Virus record (IMG/VR): IMGVR_UViG_3300044994_000093
Strand: one strand, 5' to 3'
From: a virus
DNA: 41,366 bases
This document shows positions 18,003 to 25,385 of this stretch, piece after piece. The position numbers and the translations under genes are program-made. The notes under the pieces are model-generated. The model did no database searches. It was not told the DNA's origin and worked only from the letters and a program-made list of their open reading frames with translations. Positions within the stretch are counted from its first letter, which is position 1. Each line of letters opens with the position of its first letter.

Positions 18003-18178
18003 CACTCGCCCACAGCCTCTAACGGTTCAACAGCCGTGACCGTGACACGGGTTGGTTGGCAAGCCTGCATCCGTTTAGTCAGTAGCATGCTTAGAAACGG
18101 GGTTTTGTCGCCTTCCTGTGGAACTGAATTAATCAGCTCACCCTGGGCCGTAAATTTAAAATCAATATAAAACGTCAT
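18002..18178 (-). CDS. Hypothetical 58-aa protein (below the ORF-track size cut-off)
   Basis: Hand translation: MTFYIDFKFTAQGELINSVPQEGDKTPFLSMLLTKRMQACQPTRVTVTAVEPLEAVGE. Fills the gap and is stop/start coupled to the methyltransferase gene. Confidence 0.4.
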   Translation of the reverse strand: MTFYIDFKFTAQGELINSVPQEGDKTPFLSMLLTKRMQACQPTRVTVTAVEPLEAVGE

Positions 18179-18190
18179 GTCTCTAATCTT

Positions 18191-18439
18191 TCAACTTTTC
18201 CAATGACACAAAACACAGCGGCCAGGGCCAGCAAGGGGGCTGCCACCAGGTAATTTATCACGGTTTTCATTGTGTTGATTCCCTCCGATGGGTTGATTGC
18301 ATTGCTTGATGATCTGCCCGACACGCTCCCCGGTGAGCCCGTACTGCTTGCCGATGGCCCGTTTGCTGACACCCTGCCGGTGAAGTTTCAGAATCATTCG
18401 GGTGCGTTCGCCAATCTGCTCCAGTGTCAGCCTTGTCAT
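18191..18439 (-). CDS. Sigma-70 region-4 / LuxR-type HTH regulator candidate
   Basis: LTLEQIGERTRMILKLHRQGVSKRAIGKQYGLTGERVGQIIKQ. Start set at ATG 18439, just after the upstream stop. A 31-aa TM mini-ORF (18175..18270) overlaps in another frame. Confidence 0.5.
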   Translation of the reverse strand: MTRLTLEQIGERTRMILKLHRQGVSKRAIGKQYGLTGERVGQIIKQCNQPIGGNQHNENRDKLPGGSPLAGPGRCVLCHWKS

Positions 18440-18443
18440 CGCA

Positions 18444-19040
18444 TCAGAGCCTTGAACGAATTGCGTCATCGAGGGAGAGCTTGAACAGGCGCTCAAACCG
18501 CTCGTCCACGACTTTCTGAACCGTACGCTCCAATTCGAACCGGGCTTTCACTTGGGTCGTTGGACGCAGGGCATAGAGTAGCTGGATGGGTGTTCTGGCT
18601 TTTGTCACCCGCTGGTAAATGCCCAGGCGGCCTTTGACCGTGGCGATGAAGGGCTGACGCGGCCCGGACTTGTCCAGGATTCGCCGTGGCCGGTTGGACT
18701 TGGTGACGATATCCCGCTTGTTGCGTTTAATCTTCACCGGGATAGCCACGTGTCTACCCTTGGGGCGCTTCGTCCCGCCTTTGTCCTGACGCTCCATAAA
18801 TTCGTCCACACTGCCCACCTTGGCGGCCTGATTGGCCTTGGTCGCCTTCTCGATGCGGATGCCCTTGCTCACATAGTTGTTCCGGATGATGAACCGCCTG
18901 GGCAGCTCCCTACGAATTGCCTTCTGGGCATCCGAGGCCGTCCAGGTCAACGCTCGCGCATTGGCAAATGGAAGCTGGTCCTTGGCCAGCTGAGACAAGC
19001 CTTTGATGGCTTTGGTGGTATCGACGCTGATTGATATCAC
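18444..19040 (-). CDS. Hypothetical basic protein (HK97 gp10-like / morphogenesis-like N-terminus, uncertain)
   Basis: 198 aa ORF, coupled to its neighbours. The resemblance is by eye only. Confidence 0.5.
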   Translation of the reverse strand: MISISVDTTKAIKGLSQLAKDQLPFANARALTWTASDAQKAIRRELPRRFIIRNNYVSKGIRIEKATKANQAAKVGSVDEFMERQDKGGTKRPKGRHVAIPVKIKRNKRDIVTKSNRPRRILDKSGPRQPFIATVKGRLGIYQRVTKARTPIQLLYALRPTTQVKARFELERTVQKVVDERFERLFKLSLDDAIRSRL

Positions 19041-19528
19041 AGCTTTTTATCCTCCATCAGGGTTTCAATTTCCTGGATTACCTCGGTGACGCCGTCGAGA
19101 ATCAGTTCCAGGCGTGTGATGTGACCGGTGCGCATGTTGATAACCTGGGCGATTTTCCGAATCAGCGAGGCCGGTGCCTGCCCGTTGAGCGTGAGCAACT
19201 CCAGATACCGTCGCTCCCGCCGGGTGATGGGTGGCACCATCGGGCGGATGTCCCGTGAGTACAGGCCGTAGAGGTCATTCGGCGTGATGCCAAACAGATG
19301 GCACAGCTTAGACACCTGCTGTGAGTTCGGCTCGAAGCGGCCTTCGTGCCCTTCCATCCACCGCCGGATCGTGCCTTCACCCACGCCAATCATTTGAGCC
19401 ACCTGCACCGGTGTTCGTCCACTGGTGCCGATGAAGTAGGTCAGTCGTTTGTGAAACGCGCTCTGGGGCGTGATGCTCTCGACCGGGTACACCAGCTGCA
19501 TCTGCCTCTCGTTCATCTCTGCTGCCAT
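19037..19528 (-). CDS. XRE-type HTH regulator
   Basis: 163 aa. HTH segment RTPVQVAQMIGVGEGTIRRWMEG. Confidence 0.6.
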   Translation of the reverse strand: MAAEMNERQMQLVYPVESITPQSAFHKRLTYFIGTSGRTPVQVAQMIGVGEGTIRRWMEGHEGRFEPNSQQVSKLCHLFGITPNDLYGLYSRDIRPMVPPITRRERRYLELLTLNGQAPASLIRKIAQVINMRTGHITRLELILDGVTEVIQEIETLMEDKKL

Positions 19529-19543
19529 TATTCTCGTTTCCCA

Positions 19544-20515
19544 CTATCCCCGGATGATTTCCAATAGCCCGGGCTGGCATCCGGCCCCGTCCCAGTTTTC
19601 GCCGCTTTCGTCACTGAGGTAAAAAAGATCCCCGCTGGATTCGCCAGGCGCTCGTGGGTTGATAGCCCGGAACTCGACCTGGTGCTTGCTAAAAACCCGC
19701 CCGTCGGTAATGCAGCGGACCTGGCCGCCTTCGTCCAAGTGGTCGAGAATCTGCTTCCAGCGTGGCGTGGTGGCTGGCTTACTCACGGTCTGGCCTCTGC
19801 GTTGGCCGTCGGGCCGGTAGTCCTGGATGCGCCCCCAGAATGCCGACTCGAACCACTTGGGCGCTGACTTGCCGGAAGAAGTCGCCGCGTCCACGGTTTG
19901 CTGCCAGCATTCGCGAAGCACCAGATCGCCCAGGTTGGGATACTGAGCCTTGGCTTTGCCGAGCACGCGCCTTACCGTGCCGCCTGCCCAGTGCAGGTTG
20001 GTCAGATTCGGGTTTTTTGAGGCCACCAGGTAGTCGACGGCATCGGAAACAAATTTTTCATTTTCGGCATCGTCTGCGCACGCGGCACGCGTTAGCGTGC
20101 TTTCTCTCTCTGTTTCTAACTCTGTCTCTAACTCTGTATCTTGGGCCGGAGTCGCTACGGATTCACTCCGGAGTTTTTTATTTTGCTTTTTGGTGTGTTC
20201 GTCCCTGTATTCAACCATCTTAGGGCAATCGATGCGTATCAAATTCTGACGGTTTTCTGTGAAAGAAATTTTAAAAAGTTTCAAGTTTTCGCAGAAAAGT
20301 AGGAAGTTTTTGATCTTTTTTTCAGAAATTCTGAGGATTCTTTTCCAACTTGAGACCGGAAGTTCGACATGGGTTCGGTCGGTTTCGTCCATCTGTTCGC
20401 CGATGGTTTCCAGGATTAAAAAATAAATGCCATAGCCCTCTGGCCCGAATTCATCCAGGATTATCGCCAACTTTTCGTCTCTATTGGCCGTTGATATGTG
20501 CTTGAACCAACGCAT
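19544..20515 (-). CDS. Replisome organiser / replication initiation protein candidate (DUF4373-like N-terminal domain)
   Basis: 323 aa. N-terminus MRWFKHISTANRDEKLAIILDEFGPEGYGIYFLILE is the recalled Lin1244/Lin1753-type pattern. The acidic linker is encoded by tandem repeats. Confidence 0.6.
   Translation of the reverse strand: MRWFKHISTANRDEKLAIILDEFGPEGYGIYFLILETIGEQMDETDRTHVELPVSSWKRILRISEKKIKNFLLFCENLKLFKISFTENRQNLIRIDCPKMVEYRDEHTKKQNKKLRSESVATPAQDTELETELETERESTLTRAACADDAENEKFVSDAVDYLVASKNPNLTNLHWAGGTVRRVLGKAKAQYPNLGDLVLRECWQQTVDAATSSGKSAPKWFESAFWGRIQDYRPDGQRRGQTVSKPATTPRWKQILDHLDEGGQVRCITDGRVFSKHQVEFRAINPRAPGESSGDLFYLSDESGENWDGAGCQPGLLEIIRG
20108..20143. repeat. Three tandem 12-bp repeats (CTCTGTTTCTAA / CTCTGTCTCTAA / CTCTGTATCTTG), followed by a 7-bp inverted repeat (20146..20152 / 20165..20171) and a T-rich tract
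   Basis: Read directly. Lies in the linker of the replisome organiser gene and encodes TELETELETE. Confidence 0.7.
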
Positions 20516-20550
20516 GTCTCTCTAACCTATATTTCCCGCTATTCTCTTGC

Positions 20551-20742
20551 TTACTCTCCGCGATTATTCCGATTGATAGACTTATGAATCGAGACCTCGG
20601 TGGGCCTGGTGTCGTTGCTGAGGAGCTTTAGGAATACTACAGCCGGGTACACACAGCCCCAGATGATAAAGCAGGCAATGGCATCGGCCAGCCACTCCGG
20701 CAGCCACCCTGGCAGTGACACATTCCACGATTCGTTACTCAC
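20551..20742 (-). CDS. Small membrane protein
   Basis: GTG 20742 is preceded by GGGAGGGAG. One clear TM segment: LADAIACFIIWGCVYPAVVFLKLL. Confidence 0.5.
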   Translation of the reverse strand: MSNESWNVSLPGWLPEWLADAIACFIIWGCVYPAVVFLKLLSNDTRPTEVSIHKSINRNNRGE

Positions 20743-20944
20743 GCACTGCTCCCTCCCGATATTTATCCACACAGGCCTGATAGGATTCTTCAGGCGTTCG
20801 TCCGGATGCGCTAATGGCCGATCCTGGAATATCCCCGGTGGTCATCAGGTAACAGTTCCAGATGCCTCTGCGACGGTTCCAGGCCACCATGGCGTGGTCA
20901 TAGCGCCGCATCACATCGAACAGGGTGGCCTCTGTGCTAGACAT
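20735..20944 (-). CDS. Hypothetical protein (69 aa)
   Basis: ORF with overlapping coupling on both sides. Confidence 0.5.
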   Translation of the reverse strand: MSSTEATLFDVMRRYDHAMVAWNRRRGIWNCYLMTTGDIPGSAISASGRTPEESYQACVDKYREGAVRE

Positions 20945-21206
20945 TCATTCCGGCCTCCTGTGCCTCCTGGAGCCTGGCTTTTAACCGTTTGACCTCGCTC
21001 TCGGCAGACAGGCGCTTGCGGCGCTCCTCTTCGGCGAATTCGTGACACGCAATGTAATTGGCCAGGATGACGGTTCGTTCGTACTTGCCTGGTTTGTCTG
21101 CCAGCAAGCGCATCGCCGCCTCTTTGTGATGAGGCAGCGCTGGCGGAATCACACAGCGTTTCGGTGCTGGGATGGGTTGGTGCAGACTCATTCCCTGCTC
21201 AAGCAT
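20937..21206 (-). CDS. Hypothetical protein (89 aa, coiled-coil C-terminus)
   Basis: ORF coupled to the helicase gene. Confidence 0.5.
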   Translation of the reverse strand: MLEQGMSLHQPIPAPKRCVIPPALPHHKEAAMRLLADKPGKYERTVILANYIACHEFAEEERRKRLSAESEVKRLKARLQEAQEAGMNV

Positions 21207-22662
21207 GGGAGGCCTCCTCGTAGTGCTGAACGATTAATTGCTCGGCGTAACGGCTGCCCAGGTACGAGCCTAAATTCTGGAAGCCCTGATGCATGCCAAT
21301 CTGCTGGGCCACCCATCTGGCGGGTTTTCCGTTGGCCCTGGCAAACCGCAACAACTGGATAAACCGTTTGACGATCGCCGGTGTTTCCACTTTGGGTGGC
21401 GTAAAGTCTTCTGGTAGCAAGACAAAGTTCGGCAGCGGTTTGCTGGTGGTGGCTGGGCGTCGGATTGCGTCGTTCAGTCTAAGTCCCTTTTCCCAGATGC
21501 CATTGGCTTCGTTCAGCCGGTATTTGCTCGGCGGAATCGGCGCGTTTTTATCTCGGTCAGCCAGCGTCCACTCGTGTTCGTCCAGGAGGTGGCCGTGGGT
21601 TTCCACCAGTTCACCGTGGTCAATCAGGATACAGTCACGCTTGCCGCTCTCTGGGCACGGGCGTAGGCCTCGACCGGCTTGTTGAATGTACAGGGCTTTG
21701 GATTGGGTCGGACGTGCCAGGCCGATGTAGGAGATTGAGAGCAAGTCCACGCCCTCACAAAGCACGTTGGCATTGGTGACGATATCAATATGCCCGGCTT
21801 CGAGTCTGGCCAGGATACTTGCTCGCTCGGCATCGGGTGTGGTTCCGTCCAGGTGCTCTGCATGGATGCCTGCCGCGTTAAAACTCTGAGCCATGGCTTT
21901 TGAGTGCTCGATGCCGACACAGAATACAATTCCGCGTCGTCCCAGTGCGTGGCGTTTGTACTGGTTCACCACCGCCTCCAGGTGCTCTGTCTGGCTCATG
22001 TAATGGCTTAATTCGTTCTGGATATAGTCTCCGTGCATTTTACGCACTCGGGACAGACCGCCCAGGTCATCGCCTTTAATCATCACCGGGGGCACCAGAT
22101 AGGGACCTTCTGGGTGGTTGATGAGCTCCTCGATGGTGGCCACCTGGATCAATTCCTGGGCCATGTCATCAAAGCCTGAGCCATCCAGACGCCAGGGTGT
22201 GGCCGAGACCAGCAAGAGTTTGGCTTTGGGATAACGGGCCAGAAAACGGCCATAGCGAAACGCCTTGGCCAGGTGGGCCTCGTCGATGACAATCACATAA
22301 GGCTCGATAGGGAGCGATCTGGTTCGCATTGAATCGATGCTGCAAATCTGGATGGCGGCCATTTTTTCCGTACTGTCATTGGCTTTGATAATGCCGTGAC
22401 GCAGGCCCATGCGCCGAATCGTCTTGGATGCCTGGGTGATTAATTCGCCCCGGTGGGCCACAACCACAGCAGGCCGTCCGGCCATCACATTTTGACGGAT
22501 GAATTCACTGAATATCACTGTCTTGCCACCGCCGGTGGGCAGCTGGAGAAACACGCCCTTAATACCTGCCCCGAATGCCATAGCAATCCGATCCAGCGCT
22601 TCCTGCTGGTAATCGCGCAAATCAATCGGCGTCACGATATTATCCGACGTAGCCAGGGTCAT
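21199..22662 (-). CDS. Superfamily-2 DEAH-box DNA helicase
   Basis: Walker A LPTGGGKT and motif II VIDEAHLA. Start set at ATG 22662 (ATGA overlap with the upstream stop). Confidence 0.8.
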   Translation of the reverse strand: MTLATSDNIVTPIDLRDYQQEALDRIAMAFGAGIKGVFLQLPTGGGKTVIFSEFIRQNVMAGRPAVVVAHRGELITQASKTIRRMGLRHGIIKANDSTEKMAAIQICSIDSMRTRSLPIEPYVIVIDEAHLAKAFRYGRFLARYPKAKLLLVSATPWRLDGSGFDDMAQELIQVATIEELINHPEGPYLVPPVMIKGDDLGGLSRVRKMHGDYIQNELSHYMSQTEHLEAVVNQYKRHALGRRGIVFCVGIEHSKAMAQSFNAAGIHAEHLDGTTPDAERASILARLEAGHIDIVTNANVLCEGVDLLSISYIGLARPTQSKALYIQQAGRGLRPCPESGKRDCILIDHGELVETHGHLLDEHEWTLADRDKNAPIPPSKYRLNEANGIWEKGLRLNDAIRRPATTSKPLPNFVLLPEDFTPPKVETPAIVKRFIQLLRFARANGKPARWVAQQIGMHQGFQNLGSYLGSRYAEQLIVQHYEEASHA

Positions 22663-22964
22663 GAGCGGCAGTCCCCGCAGTATTTGCGCCATTGGCTGTT
22701 AGCTTCAAAGGCTTTGCCGCAATCAATGCAAATCTTTTGAAATATCGGCTTTTTGTACCCGTTTTTGGATTTAACAACCGTTTCCCGTTGGGGTTCCGAT
22801 CCACACAGCGATTGGATAGAGTCATAGGCTTGTTTCAACGGCACCATGGCTGCTTCCAGTCTGGCCAGCTCGGCCTGGATTTCCTGCAGTCTGGTCTTTA
22901 ACTCCTGGCGCTTGGTGTGCATCTTTTGCAGCGCCGTCATGATGTTTTCAAGCTGTTTTTTCAT
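22659..22964 (-). CDS. Coiled-coil protein with a C-terminal zinc ribbon
   Basis: 101 aa. Contains CIDCGKAFEANSQWRKYCGDC. Confidence 0.55.
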   Translation of the reverse strand: MKKQLENIMTALQKMHTKRQELKTRLQEIQAELARLEAAMVPLKQAYDSIQSLCGSEPQRETVVKSKNGYKKPIFQKICIDCGKAFEANSQWRKYCGDCRS

Positions 22965-23536
22965 CAGAGAACCCGCCTCCGTGCTTCCCGCTTTAGTGCC
23001 GCCGCCTTGCGGTATTCATCCCCACTCATTAACCAGACGAATGCAGCGGCCAGTGCGTCGGCGTGGTTGTCGTCCACAATCTTCGAGCCCTTCATATTCC
23101 AGACCGTCTGGACGGCCGCTCTGACCTCGTCCTTGCTGGCGCTGCCATTGGCGGCAATCCGGGCCTTGATTGATGTGGGAGAGACGGCATAAAAGGCCAG
23201 GCCGTAGGTTTTAGCAAAATCCTTGCAAAGCGCAGAGACAGCGCCCATCACGTTGGTGGTGTCTCCGCTCCGCCGAATAGGCGTGGTGTGTTCAATCACC
23301 AGCTCAGTGGGACGAAACTGGGTCATGAGGGTGACGAGATCGGTTCTGAGTACGTTCAGGCGATCCATCAGGCTGGTGGTGGGGCCTTTCATCCGGATGA
23401 CACCAGAGGTCAGAAGCCTGCCCGTCACCCCGTAAGCGACGGGGTGAGACGGGTCAGCTTCGACGACGGCAAATCCAGTATTCACACTGGCCTGGTCAAG
23501 CACCAGGGTGACGTGATGCGTCAACTGGCTAGGCAC
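22964..23536 (-). CDS. RuvC-like Holliday junction resolvase
   Basis: 190 aa. N-terminal VTLVLDQASVNTGFAVV (catalytic Asp context) and overall RuvC-like size. Confidence 0.65.
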   Translation of the reverse strand: MPSQLTHHVTLVLDQASVNTGFAVVEADPSHPVAYGVTGRLLTSGVIRMKGPTTSLMDRLNVLRTDLVTLMTQFRPTELVIEHTTPIRRSGDTTNVMGAVSALCKDFAKTYGLAFYAVSPTSIKARIAANGSASKDEVRAAVQTVWNMKGSKIVDDNHADALAAAFVWLMSGDEYRKAAALKREARRRVL

Positions 23537-24188
23537 TTTCCACCTCGTCGTTATTGCGGTAAAACTTGCGGGCGGCAGCGATTTGGCCCTGGGTCAGGCG
23601 CTGGCCCAGGTGAATTTTTTTGACCCGGAATTGCTGAATAAAGAACCGGCGTAGATCCGAGATACTGATGCCTAATTCAGCAGATAGGGACTTGAGCGTC
23701 TGTGGCGCGATGGCCTGGACGTTGTCATCTGACGAAGGCTCTTCGTCAGAACTTTGATCAGGATTTGATTCATCGTCCGGGGTTTCTGTCTCGGCATCTG
23801 ACTCAGCGTCCTCGGTCGATTCTTCCTCGGTTTCTTCGGTGGTTTCTTCGTCCGGGCTTTCGGCAGGCTCGGGTTTCGGGCCATCCGGATCAAATTCTTC
23901 CAGGTCGTCATCACTGGGTGTGTCATCATCCAGCGGTTCCGGATCAGCAGAATCCACAATCTCGGTATGGAATGTCAGCTGGCCGGAATCCAACTGGTTA
24001 AGCAATTCATCACGCTGTTTTTCTTTCGCTTTGATCTCGTTCTTGAGCGCGTTGGCTTCATTCACTTTAATCTCGCGGTCGTTTTTAAGGTTTGCTATCT
24101 CTTTTGAGATTGCATACAGATGCTCCAGGCGCTCTGTTTTGCTGACAAAATTCAACTGGGGCTCGTTATCGGCTGTCTCAATTGCCAC
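23529..24188 (-). CDS. Hypothetical protein with an N-terminal coiled coil, an ~80-aa extremely acidic tract, and a C-terminal helix-hairpin-helix-like motif
   Basis: GTG start with AAGGAG upstream. Acidic tract runs DSADPEPLDDDTPSDDDLEEFDPD...SDEEPSSDD. C-terminus contains LKSLSAELGISISDLRRF. Confidence 0.7.
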   Translation of the reverse strand: MAIETADNEPQLNFVSKTERLEHLYAISKEIANLKNDREIKVNEANALKNEIKAKEKQRDELLNQLDSGQLTFHTEIVDSADPEPLDDDTPSDDDLEEFDPDGPKPEPAESPDEETTEETEEESTEDAESDAETETPDDESNPDQSSDEEPSSDDNVQAIAPQTLKSLSAELGISISDLRRFFIQQFRVKKIHLGQRLTQGQIAAARKFYRNNDEVESA

Positions 24189-24632
24189 GGTTCACTCTCC
24201 TTTATGCCTATGATGGTGATGCCCTTCTTAGGGGCGGCCGCACGGTAATCACCTGCCTTTCTTACTTGTGCCCTCTATCGTCCCCTTCGATGCTTACTTA
24301 CTAGTCGTTTGTTAGTGACTTAACAGCTCATAAGTTCACCACCTCCTGTCTTTTCACCATCTCGTGGATCACCTCGGAATGGTTTAGGATTTGTTGGGTG
24401 CCGGTTGCCTCATCACCGGAAGGTTTCACCGTTCCACTCTGGGGTCAGTAATAGCTCGAACCCGAATAGCAGGTGTCGCTACCCTATGATGTTTACGACG
24501 GCATAGGCACCCTGTCTCTTGACTGCTGGCCGGATTTGAACCGACTCTTTGCTGTTTCCACCGCCAAGTTCACAAAGGATTAAGCGGAATTTGTGCCTTG
24601 CGTGTACGCCGCCACGCCGCAGCAGTCAAACC
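24189..24632 (-). other. 444-bp non-coding block inside the early operon; candidate structured RNA and/or replication origin
   Basis: No ORF of 60 aa or more in any frame. More than 20 stop codons on the sense strand. Six same-orientation TCACC (GGTGA on minus) motifs within 24249..24430. AT-rich tract 24290..24335. Several strong hairpins. Confidence 0.5.
24521..24627 (-). ncRNA. tRNA-like element with a non-canonical core
   Basis: 8-bp closing helix GACTGCTG/CAGCAGTC. T-arm GTCGG-TTCAAAT-CCGGC. D-like hairpin GCGTG-GCGGCGTA-CACGC. Central helix CACAAA/TTTGTG with a 13-nt loop. Extra hairpin capped by GGAA. No standard 7-nt anticodon loop could be drawn by hand. Confidence 0.3.
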
Positions 24633-24827
24633 TCAACTTGCCACCTTCTGGTAAAGAATCCACTCCATTTGCGATATAGTGAGTTTGTTAGGCTCTAAGC
24701 TGGTCCGGCGGAGGATTTCCCCCACCAACTCAAGTTCGTAGCATTCCCTGCCGCAGAAGGGCTCACCGGTGGTTTCAGCTAGGTAAGCCTGGTTGATTGG
24801 CTCAAAGCAGTGGGTGCACTCCATCAT
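24633..24827 (-). CDS. Small zinc-binding protein candidate
   Basis: 64 aa with CTHC...CGREC. Confidence 0.5.
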   Translation of the reverse strand: MMECTHCFEPINQAYLAETTGEPFCGRECYELELVGEILRRTSLEPNKLTISQMEWILYQKVAS

Positions 24828-24829
24828 TT

Positions 24830-25195
24830 CTAACCCTCTGCCTTATCCACAAATTGATCCGACCGATTAGCTAGAAAATGAGTAAACATTAAAGCTGTTG
24901 AGCGACGGCTTAAGGCTTCACGAGCAATGCTTGCACCACCAGAAGCCAGCAATTGGCCAGTGCAACAAATAACCGATTGAAAACTATCGTCGCCATCATC
25001 AAAAAGCTCTGATGAGGCGATTAAAATGAAACCATTCTTGTAGTCCTGCACTTTATCGAGATCGCCGGACGTATTATGAAATTCTCGCAGTAGTTTAATT
25101 GCTGCTTTGACTTCGTCCAGGGTTATAGCTTTTTGTTGTTCAGCAACTGTCATGAAATTCTCCAATTCAATGTTTAGGGTGTTAATCTGATGCAT
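24830..25195 (-). CDS. Hypothetical protein (121 aa)
   Basis: ORF in the early operon. Confidence 0.55.
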   Translation of the reverse strand: MHQINTLNIELENFMTVAEQQKAITLDEVKAAIKLLREFHNTSGDLDKVQDYKNGFILIASSELFDDGDDSFQSVICCTGQLLASGGASIAREALSRRSTALMFTHFLANRSDQFVDKAEG

Positions 25196-25385
25196 CCTTA
25201 TCCGGAAACGTCCAGTCCAGGAATTTAACCTGGCACGTCCCCACCCACTGCATCACGTGAAAACTGTGCATCGGGTTCCTTGTCGCCAGGCGTTCGGCTT
25301 CCTGCTTGGCGCTCTCATAAGTGCTATGGATGTGGGTTGGATTTTTACCGGCCTGGTTCCAAACCAGCCAAAACGCTTCAGCCAT
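25182..25385 (-). CDS. Hypothetical protein (67 aa)
   Basis: ORF overlapping its neighbours. Confidence 0.5.
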   Translation of the reverse strand: MAEAFWLVWNQAGKNPTHIHSTYESAKQEAERLATRNPMHSFHVMQWVGTCQVKFLDWTFPDKDASD

